A stretch of DNA of 63,637 nt, the filler included, from Chiloscyllium plagiosum (lineage: Eukaryota): the NCBI RefSeq assembly GCF_004010195.1. It is 6 parts of 6 records of this genome, joined end to end, with 100 filler letters (N's around TTAATTAATTAA, not from the genome) between each part and the next. Parts side by side here need not be neighbours in the genome. Positions count along the whole stretch, not along the records: positions 25,351 to 56,994 come from NC_057721.1; positions 57,095 to 59,821 come from NW_025184204.1; positions 59,922 to 61,058 come from NW_025130823.1; positions 61,159 to 62,397 come from NW_025140703.1; positions 62,498 to 63,637 come from NW_025131157.1; 1 more part is not named here. One strand, written 5' to 3'. Of the stretch, positions 54,956 to 63,637 are shown piece after piece. The notes below the pieces were generated by a model that saw nothing but the letters and a program-made list of their open reading frames with translations, did not search any database and was not told the origin of the DNA. Each line of letters opens with the position of its first letter. Positions within the stretch are counted from its first letter, which is position 1. A program made the translations under genes and the position numbers.

Positions 54956-55676
54956 TGTGGTCTATCTCGTGATAGTAAAATATACTACAGAACTGTGATT
55001 TTATGAATTAATGAAACTGATAAAGTAGGGAGCTATGAATGAATGAAATGGGAATGCGATGTTCATTTGTGAGTGGGTTAGTAAAGGAATTATGAATGAG
55101 TAAATGTAAAGCATTTGTGAACGGGAAATAAATACTGCTTGTGAGTGAGTTAGTGAAGGGACCTAGAATGTAATAACTCACACTACAAACTAACAAGCAG
55201 CAAGTAATTTGGAGGCCTTGATCAGACAAGGAATTGAGAACTGGAGTTAAGAAGTTCTGCTGCAATTGTAAAGAGCTTTGGAATATTTTGTATAGTTATA
55301 GTCTCCTTACCTAAGGAAGAATATACACTTGCAATGCAGGAAATTCAATGATGGTTCAACAGTCTGATTCCTGGAAAGGCAAGATTGTGCTATGGAGGGA
55401 CGTGGTTAAGGATACTGGGTCTGTGTTCTAGAGAGTTTATAGGTGATTTCATTGAAACTTTCAAAGTTCACAGGTCACATCTTCAGTGTGAAATGGAACG
55501 TTAAGGACTGAGATGCAGAAGAATTTTTTCACTCAGAGGATCATGAATCTTTGAATTCTCTAACCCAGAGGCCGTGGATGTATACCCAGACATTCGGTAT
55601 ATTCAAGACGGAGATTGATAGATATTAAAGATATTAAGGGATATAGGAACAAGGTGTGAAAATAACATTGAATTTG

Positions 55677-55882
55677 AATTGGAGAAGCACGTGTTGGACT
55701 GGGTTGTACAAAGTTAAAAATCACACAACACCAGGTTATAGTCCAACAGGGTTAATTGGAAGCACACTAGCTTTCGGAGCACTGTCTGATGGACAACCAC
55801 CTGATGAAGGAGTGGTGCTCTGAAAGCTAGTGTGCTTCCAATTAAACCTGTTGGACAATTACCTGGTTTTGTGTGATTTTTA
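55677..55882 (-). mobile_element. Penelope-like terminal fragment with TSD, internally palindromic
   Basis: AACATTGAATTTGA duplicated on both sides; aaaaatcacacaacaccagg...cctggttttgtgtgattttt inverted arms. Confidence 0.65.
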
Positions 55883-56267
55883 ACATTGAATTTGAAGTTT
55901 GACTTTGATCTAGTTTAGTGGTAAAACAGGCTCAGTGGGTCAAAGTATATCCGATTAACTCCTACTTCCCAATTTCCAATATTTGAATAAAATCCATCTT
56001 TATGTTAATCATCTCTATGATTATTCCAGCATTTTCCTAATTTCTGTATGCAGATATATTAAAGCAGAACTTTATCTTGAGCATTAGAAGAATCATATTC
56101 AAATTAAAAACAAAAATAAATCACTGGAAAAACTCAGCATCAATGGGGAGAAAACAGAGTTAACATTTCAGGTCCAATAACGCTTCTTCAAAAATGATCA
56201 TAGTTGGGAAAGTTTCCTAAATGCTAAAGTTGGGTTGGAGGGAGTAGGGAGGAGTAAATAGAATAAA

Positions 56268-56570
56268 ATAGAATCTCTACAGTATCAAAACAGGCTCTTT
56301 GGCCCAACAAGTCTACACCAACACTCTAAAGAGTTACCCACCCAAACCCATTCCCCATCATCCTGTATTTACCCCTGACTAATGCACCTAATCTACACTA
56401 TGGGCAATTTAATATGGCCAATTCACCTAACCTGCACATATTTGGGTTGTGGGAGGAAACACACAGACACAGGGAGAATGTGCAAACTCCACACAGACAG
56501 TTATCTGAGCCTGGAGTTGAACCCAGGACCCTAGTGCTGTGAGGTAGCAGTGCTAGCCACTGAGCCATTG
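56268..56570 (-). mobile_element. HE1-type SINE
   Basis: Reverse-strand SINE. Confidence 0.75.
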
Positions 56571-56994
56571 CAATATGTGGAGGTGATACCCAGAGAGTAA
56601 AAACAATTGAACAGACAAAGGATTGGGTAAAGGTTAGCCGCAGGGAATCAGTAGCTGCTAATGGGAACTATTAGTGGCTGACAATGGGTTGTGTGTGGTA
56701 GCAGCCCATGTGATAACAAGGTCTGGTGTGTGGGTTTTGGAGAAGGACATGAGAGAAGGTGCTCAAGTCCTAAAGTTGTTGAACCTGATATTGAGTCCAG
56801 AAAGTTGCAGGGTCCCTGTGAGAAACAAAAGCTCACTCACTTCAATAATTTCAGTCCGAGACCAAAAATCTGAACTAGTAGTGCCGTTTTATTTGTACAC
56901 TTGCAAGTGGGTGCAATGCCTAATGCCAGGTAAGACTCTCGAAATTTATACAGTTTGAATCCCCATATTTTTTCTTATTTCATTGTTTGCCCCC

Positions 56995-57094
56995 NNNNNN
57001 NNNNNNNNNNNNNNNNNNNNNNNNNNNNNNNNNNNNNNTTAATTAATTAANNNNNNNNNNNNNNNNNNNNNNNNNNNNNNNNNNNNNNNNNNNN
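56995..57094. other. Artificial contig linker
   Basis: TTAATTAATTAA at 57039-57050 within Ns. Confidence 0.97.
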
Positions 57095-57384
57095 TAGCTA
57101 CCTGATGAAGGAGGAGGGCTCTGAAAGATTGTCCTTCCAAATAAACCTGTCTGAATCTAAGCTGGTGTTGTGTAATTTTTAACTATGGCCATCTCAATGA
57201 GGTGCCATCTCAGACTGGATCAGTTGAATTGTTGTTCGTTCGTGATTTGAGAAGCTTAAAGCCTAATATTCAACCCCCAGCACAAAGCCCATTCTCTCTG
57301 CATCGTTATGAGACAAATACCTCAGAGAGACACTGACAGGCTGCACGAAGTAACATACACAGGTAACACTGAGTCACTGAGTAA

Positions 57385-57722
57385 CATGCTTTCACTCCAT
57401 GCTGCCTGTAGGTGTCTCAGTGTAAGCATGTCACTCAGTGCTGCCTGTAGGTGTCTCTCTGAATGTGGGTGTGTTCCTCAGTACTGCCTGTAGGTATCTC
57501 TCTGAATGTGGGTGTGTTACTCAGTACTGCCTGTAGGTGTCTCTCTGAATGTGGGTGTGTTACTCAGTACTCCCTGAAGGTATCTTTCTGCGTGTGAGCA
57601 TTTTACTCAGTGCTGTCTGAAGGTGTCTCTCCAAATATGGGAGTGTTACTTAGTGCTACCTGCAAATGTCTCTCCGAATGTGAGTGTATTTGTCAGTGCT
57701 GCCTGCAGGCGTCTCTCTGAAT
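57385..57722. repeat. ~42-bp minisatellite with inverted flanking units
   Basis: Unit CTCAGTACTGCCTGTAGGTGTCTCTCTGAATGTGGGTGTGTTA, about 8 copies; inverted-like copies at ~57320-57385 and ~57750-57820. Confidence 0.85.
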
Positions 57723-58150
57723 AACACACACACTCAAACTCAAACTCAAACCTCAGAAAGACATCAGCAGGCAGCATTAAGTAATACACTCACACTTAGA
57801 CAGACACACAGCCTACACAGTGTCTGTGAAAGGCCGAACATCATTTTCAGGTGCTACCCAGCATGCAGCAGAGAGTGCACAGTGCAATCCCACCAGCTGG
57901 GTTTGGACCACAGAGTGATGAGTGAATGCCTCAGATTGTAATTATTGAGTCACAACAGCTTTCAGTTTCTGTTCTGTTTGGAATCATTTAACCTCCACAG
58001 ATTCCAGATAAAAGGGATCATTTGAAAGTGATTGGTGAAAGACTGTCAGTGTCATCTACAACTGATGTGCCATTGATTGACAGGCCAATAGCTAATTGTG
58101 ACAATGACTTGCTGAAATGCAGCCAATCAGCTAAGGGCAGTTGTCCATTT

Positions 58151-58600
58151 CCAAAGTACACAGGCAGCATTGCCCTTTGATGTGAAGGGCACTGCTTGTC
58201 ACTGGCCACTCGGGTGTTTCCTTTCTTCCTGGTGGTGGAAACTGAATTCGTGCACCTTGTGTTTTCACTGTGTCTCACACCTGCACACACACATAACATG
58301 GGGGCTGGGGAAAAGATAAGCACTACCGCAGTTAGGCGGTAGTGTGGGGGAAAACAATAAAATAAACAGGAATGTCAGAGGTTCTGTTCACTCAGAGCAG
58401 GCTCTGAGGAAGCTGGAAAACAAAATAAAATCCAAAGTACACAGACAGCATTGCCCTCTGATGTGAAGGGCACTGCTTGTCACTGGTCACTTGGGTGTTT
58501 CCTTTCTTCCTGGTGGTGGAAACTGAATAAAGATTCGTGCACCTTGTGTCTCTCACTGTGTCTCACACCTGCAGACACACAACATAGGGGCTGGGGACAA
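58151..58600. repeat. ~160-bp direct duplication downstream of the light-chain poly(A) site
   Basis: ccaaagtacacag.cagcattgccct.tgatgtgaagggcactgcttgtcactgg... at 58151 and 58432. Confidence 0.88.
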
Positions 58601-58645
58601 AATAAGTCCAAAGCACACAGAGACAGAGACCCAATATTCTTTATC

Positions 58646-58651
58646 TTTATT
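58646..58651 (-). terminator. Candidate poly(A) signal of the light-chain gene
   Basis: AATAAA on the minus strand ~530 nt after the stop codon. Confidence 0.55.
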
Positions 58652-59179
58652 CCCTTTTCCAGATTCACATTGACAGAAAACAGTCAGCAATTAACAGTCC
58701 AGACAGAGGAAGCTGCACAAATTCAACAGCAACAATGGAGCTTGAGGAAAACACTTGTGGAGACTTTCTCAATAATCTGAGAATCCTGTCCCTTTAAACA
58801 GTGACAAGACCTTAAATTGGAACTGATGGCTGAGCAGGAAGGTGATCTGGTTTCCTGAAGCAGAGACTTCTGAGGTTCACATTGTTTTTGTACAGCTGAC
58901 AGTCTTCAGCATCTTCGAGAGGTTTGACTTGGCATCACAAGTCAACCCTGTCCCTATCACATACTCCCAGAACAGGGATAGCATACTGTTTGACACAGCA
59001 TAAAGGTCTCTCTATACTATCGCAACAACCTGTTTTCACTACTGAACCTCAGAATTTGCCCCGAGCAGTCCTGAGATGGAAGCGAGTTGAAATTCAGTGC
59101 TGACAATGACCTTTGTCCTGCCAGCTCAGCCCTGCTCTATTTTAAAGTTGTGTCTCCTCTGTGGACTGTCTCAAACACT

Positions 59180-59508
59180 CTACACACATTCTGATCTCCT
59201 GATGCTCTTGCTGAGGGGAGAGGAGAGGGTCACGTGGGTGAGGGCACAGGAGAAGTGAGCGTTGGACTCCCAGTCAGACCCAGAGAGGGTCAGCAGGCTG
59301 CTGACACTGTAGGTGCTGTCTGAAGCTCGCAGGTAGTTGCTGGTCTGAACCCCGTCCGAAATGACTGCACCATCCTTCTTCCACTGCACCTCCAGCTCAG
59401 CGGGATAGAAGTGATTGGCAAGGCACACCAGGGTGGCAGTGCCCTTGGCATTGACCTGCTCCGGGGAGGGGGGCAGCAGGGTCAGCTTGGGCTGAGAGTT
59501 CTCACGGC
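59180..59508 (-). CDS. Ig light-chain constant exon, kappa (type III / NS4-like)
   Basis: Acceptor tctttcAG, then RENSQPKLTLLPPSPEQVNAKGTATLVCLANHFYP...WKKDG...FSCALTHVTLSSPLSKSIRRSECV*. Intact, with the C-terminal inter-chain Cys. Isotype assigned from recalled similarity. Confidence 0.92.
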
Positions 59509-59821
59509 CTGAAAGACAAGAGAAACAATTTTACTCCCTGCCAAACAAATGGATTCTGACTCTCAGCATATTCACTGGCAGTATGAATGTGGGCAGCTGG
59601 AAAGGCTATCAATGGGGGAACATTTCAGTGACAGTGATCAGAACTCAGTGAGATTGAGAGGAGGGATGGAAATGGAGAACAATGGAGAACCAAGTGTAAA
59701 AGTTTTCATTGGCGAATGAACTATTTTACTAAACTGTGGTGATTTATCAAAAGTGGACTGGCACCAGCGACATGATGGAAAATCAGTATCAGGGCAGTGG
59801 AAGCCCTCGAAGGATGAGACA

Positions 59822-59921
59822 NNNNNNNNNNNNNNNNNNNNNNNNNNNNNNNNNNNNNNNNNNNNTTAATTAATTAANNNNNNNNNNNNNNNNNNNNNNN
59901 NNNNNNNNNNNNNNNNNNNNN
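59822..59921. other. Artificial contig linker
   Basis: TTAATTAATTAA at 59866-59877. Confidence 0.97.
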
Positions 59922-60566
59922 CAAAACGGATATGATTTGAAAAATAAACAAAATTAAACAGTAGTTCCGACGTTAGGTAAAATCTCCTGGACAGAGGTGA
60001 ACTGCTGAAAACGATAGACCAATCACTTTATTCATTTTGTATCTTACTGTGTATAATGACACAAAATTGTTGGGTGACATTCGGGCAGCTATTTTTGAAA
60101 ATTGTCTCGACAGGTTATAAGAAGTTTACTCGAGTTGCATTTCACCACAGCAAATAGAATCAGAAATATAACATTCATTACGGAATCATATAGGAGAGCA
60201 TTCAACACACCTGTGTTTACTGCCCTTTTTCGCGTCCACTCAACTTGTTCCTACTGTGTTTGACTTTTCTCCACAGTCCGGACTTCTTGCCCATTTAAGC
60301 TGCTGCTTATTTCCCATTTGAAATTTACTGTTCAATGAGTTCCAATCACTCGTTTTGGCAGCTCATTCGACATTATAAGAAGACAACATATGAAAGAAAA
60401 CGTCACCCGATCTCCTCAGCAATTTATATTTCGATAAAAGAGAATAGATTCAAATGGATTATCAACAAAGTTAACTGCCACAAAAATCAGGTCAAGTTCG
60501 GTGATTTAGAATTTCCTTGTAGAAACAGTAGTTGAATAATTACTCATGTTCAATGTCATTCTACAG

Positions 60567-60878
60567 ATTCCAGTCTCCCGACGTCTCAGAGACCGCTTGT
60601 GCAAACTTCTCCTGCTGGCGACAACGTTACTCTAAGTTGTAAGTATTCAGGATTCTGTCAGTGCACAGTTTACTGGTACAGTCAGTCCCCAGGACAGGCT
60701 CCGAAATATCTCCTTCAGAGAGACACTACAGGAGAGGCGAAGAAAGAAAATGCTGCTGGGCTACGAATTTCTGAATCTTTTGATCCTCGGGCAAAAATCA
60801 GCCGGTTAATGATCTCTCGAATACAACTACGTGATTCTACTGTTTATTACTGTGCAAGGAGTCGGCGGTCAGCACACA
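60567..60878 (+). CDS. TCR-delta V segment, NAR-TCR supporting-V type (no leader seen)
   Basis: Acceptor ctacAG, then (D)SSLPTSQRPLVQTSPAGDNVTLSCKYSGFCQCTVYWYSQSPGQAPKYLL...LRDSTVYYCARSRRSAH. Non-canonical CDR1 Cys; no signal-peptide exon recognised in the 645 nt upstream. Confidence 0.8.
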
Positions 60879-61039
60879 CACACTGATTCAGCATACAGAG
60901 AGAGCTGTACAAAATCTTGAGCATAGGGGGATTACCGACACAGTGATGCACAGCTGGAAGAGAGCGTTACAAAAACCTGAACATATTAGGATTACAGACA
61001 CACAGTGAGGCAGAGCACGGAGAGACATGTACAAAAACC
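60879..61039 (+). promoter_or_regulatory. Three tandem 23-RSSs
   Basis: CACACTG-23-ACAAAATCT (60879-60917); CACAGTG-23-ACAAAAACC (60939-60977); CACAGTG-23-ACAAAAACC (61001-61039). Confidence 0.93.
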
Positions 61040-61058
61040 CAGAACATGGTGCTGTTAC

Positions 61059-61158
61059 NNNNNNNNNNNNNNNNNNNNNNNNNNNNNNNNNNNNNNNNNN
61101 NNTTAATTAATTAANNNNNNNNNNNNNNNNNNNNNNNNNNNNNNNNNNNNNNNNNNNN
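61059..61158. other. Artificial contig linker
   Basis: TTAATTAATTAA at 61103-61114. Confidence 0.97.
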
Positions 61159-62034
61159 GTGTTCCAGAAAACTGAGGCAAAACTATGGACTTCAAACTGG
61201 GATGATGCAAATACCAGTTCAGGATTAAGGGGAGTCAATGTTAACAAACGATTAACAGGGTCAATCATGTCGAGCATTTTCAAAGGTATTATTTTGCATG
61301 GAAAGATGGAATCTTCAGACAGTAAAGCTGAAGCTGACTGTTCCTGTCAGCGACTGTGGTACATTCCAGTGGATTTCTATCTTGAAAACTCTGCAGAGTA
61401 AGTAAGAGTACAGACCGTTAATGATTCCCCTTTCCTCCTCCTTCGGCTGAACAATACTAACCTTCCTTTCGGGTCTCTTTGTTGGGGAAATTAACGTGCA
61501 TTCTGTCAACTACTGCATTGGTACAAGATCCCTGGTGACACAGACACTAATGTTATATTCAACTTAATCTGCACTCTTTGCGATTGGTATTTTCCAATCA
61601 AAACTAATTTCAAATGTCTCTTAAGATTGCTTTCCCACTTCTTGCATTGTGGCAGTTGAAAGCCGACATGAATTTTGTAAGAATGTGCAATCGGGGAATC
61701 AGGAAAACCAAGTTCAAAATTCGTATTGTTCACTTGACAGAAATTGGGGATTTTGAGATTTCGTTTTATTAGAATTTAAAATGGAAAAGGTACTTTGCAG
61801 AATCCGGCATTGCGTGAGCTTTACTCTATCTATGATCTTAACTTTGTCCGAGCAGGGAACATTTACTGCACAAGACATGAGTCCGACACCTGTTACTAAT
61901 CCAACTTAACTTTACAATTTGAATATAATTAAAAGTGAGAAGCACAATTAATTAAACGGTTGTATATTAAAATCACAATTGGAAGAAAAAGCTTTATTAC
62001 TTTTGTTGAATTATTAAAAACATCTTCGAATTCT

Positions 62035-62397
62035 TTATTGACATGAATTAATAGTGCCCATCAGTGCAAGTGAAATGTTCACAAAACTTGGTTTACCGCT
62101 GTATTTATCGACTGTTCTGTTGATGATCTAGAGTGGAATCGTTTCATGTCCCACCACACATGAATAAGAAGCACCACTGGCCCACTCCTCTGCTGTAATG
62201 GACAACAGGGTGTACATGAAGAAGGAGGTGCTCTGGCTCTCTGCCATCACCTCGGTGTTCTTGCAGTTACTGGGATTAACTGGCTTGTCATTGTTTGTCC
62301 ACTTGACGAAGATCTCTCGGGAAGAGAAGCCTCTCACTAAACAGGTGAGGAAGAGAAACCTCTCAGCGGAAACGTCTTCAGTTGGTGGCAGGAGGAT
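62035..62397 (-). pseudogene. IgM Cmu4 + secretory tail exon with premature stop (5' end truncated by linker)
   Basis: [24 protein letters not shown]...[46 protein letters not shown] at 62130-62128 replaces a Lys; AATAAA at 62039-62034 and 61998-61993. Confidence 0.9.
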
Positions 62398-62497
62398 NNN
62401 NNNNNNNNNNNNNNNNNNNNNNNNNNNNNNNNNNNNNNNNNTTAATTAATTAANNNNNNNNNNNNNNNNNNNNNNNNNNNNNNNNNNNNNNNNNNNN
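62398..62497. other. Artificial contig linker
   Basis: TTAATTAATTAA at 62442-62453. Confidence 0.97.
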
Positions 62498-62652
62498 TGA
62501 ATTGGCCATGCTAAATTGCCTATAGTGTTACATGCATTAGTCAGGGGGAAATGTAGGGGCATGGGTCTGGGTGGGTTGCTCTTCGGAGGGAGGTGTGGAC
62601 TTGTTGGGCCGAAGGGCCTCTTTCCACACTGTAGGGAATCTAATCTAATCTC
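62498..62652 (+). mobile_element. HE1-type SINE 3' half
   Basis: aattggccatgctaaattgcc...aatctaatctaatct tail. Confidence 0.8.
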
Positions 62653-62773
62653 AACTGCACAGATGGAGTAGAAGAGTAGGAAACAATTAATTCAGCGGTT
62701 GTGTATTTAACTCAAATGTGGAGGAAAACACTTTATTACTTTTGTTGAATTATTAAATACAACTTTGAGATTA

Positions 62774-63150
62774 TAATTGACATGAACTAACAGTGCAAGC
62801 GAAATGTTTACAAAACTCGGTTTACCACTGGTTTTCTTGACTATTCTGTTGATGATCTTCAACGGAACCACTTCTTGTCCCACCACACAGGAGTAAGAAG
62901 CAAGATTGGTCATCTGCTGAAATGGATAACAGGCTGTGCATGAAGAAGGAAGTGATGTCGCTCTCCGCTATCACCTCGGTGTTCTTGTAGTTACTGGGAT
63001 TTACAGGCTTGCCATTGTTTGTCCACTTGACGAAGTTCTCTCGGGGGGAGAAACTGCTCACTAAACAGGTGAGGGAGAGAAACCATTCAGCAGAGATTTC
63101 TTCTGTTGGTGGCAGGAGCACAGACACTGATGGCTCCAGTGGATTACTCA
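62774..63150 (-). pseudogene. IgM Cmu4 + secretory tail exon with two frameshifting deletions
   Basis: Acceptor ctgcAG, then [21 protein letters not shown]...LTCLV...KWTNN. Relative to the 62035-62397 copy there is a ~5-nt deletion at EEWASG and a ~10-nt deletion in the tail. Confidence 0.9.
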
Positions 63151-63469
63151 CTGCAGAATATTTGAGACAAATATAAATCAAGTATAATAATCCAGAATCA
63201 ATATCGCGATTTCACTAAATATTAAAATATGCCATTTGTAATTTGGGATTTATTCACTTTCATTTTCTAAAAGGTGCAGAATGGTATCCATAATGTTCAG
63301 TAAAAGATGTAAAATGTTTCATTTGAAAGTCGTCTCCATGTTTCCAGCCCACAACGAGGACATTCTGGCCATTTGTCATTGCTGATAGTGACGTCACAAC
63401 GCAGGCTTCTTCCCGCCTTATCTGACTTAATCAGAATACAATATCCTTTGGTCAGTCTCTTTCTTAGGA

Positions 63470-63637
63470 GGAGAAAGTGAGGTCTACAGATGCTGGAGAT
63501 GCTTTTATCGTAGCCTGCTGGACACACTTTCCTCATTCCTGAAGAAGGGCTTATGCCCGAAACGTCGATTCTCCTGTTCCCTGGATGCTGTCTGACCTGC
63601 TGCACTGTGCCAGCAACACATTTTCAGCTCCGACTCT
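63470..63637 (+). mobile_element. Penelope-like terminal fragment
   Basis: cctcattcctgaagaagggcttatgcccgaaacgtcgattctcctg, as at ~42406-42505. Confidence 0.75.

Noticed and set aside
59922-60566. NAR-TCR J segment or leader upstream of the V-delta
   Set aside because: No GxG-T J motif with RSS and no hydrophobic ATG exon found in this stretch.
60879-61058. CRISPR-like repeat/spacer array
   Set aside because: The repeats are RAG heptamer/nonamer signals in vertebrate DNA; there are no cas genes.

Overview
Eukaryotic, not microbial: cartilaginous-fish (shark, probably orectolobiform such as bamboo or nurse shark; inferred) genomic DNA rich in antigen-receptor gene pieces and retroelements. 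The window is a concatenation of six pieces separated by five artificial 100-bp linkers (N44-TTAATTAATTAA-N44), plus two ordinary N gaps, so adjacency across linkers is not biological. Piece 1 (1-25250) holds an IgM-type heavy-chain cluster on the minus strand: promoter, leader, a VH already fused to D-like sequence and ending in a 12-RSS, an unrearranged JH with a 23-RSS, and a Cmu1 exon whose splice donor reads CT instead of GT. Its 5' flank is duplicated as a ~2.6-kb inverted repeat. Piece 2 (25351-56994) is mostly repeats: CR1, HE1-type SINEs, Penelope-like elements, solo LTRs, a Harbinger transposase relic and a decayed gamma-type env. The short pieces carry an Ig kappa-type C exon, a leaderless NAR-TCR-supporting-type TCR-delta V, and two pseudogenised Cmu4/secretory exons. 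The most unusual feature is the TCR-delta V: it is followed by at least three tandem 23-RSSs with conserved signals but diverged spacers. Family assignments come from motif recognition and recalled shark sequences, not database searches. Repeat boundaries are approximate.
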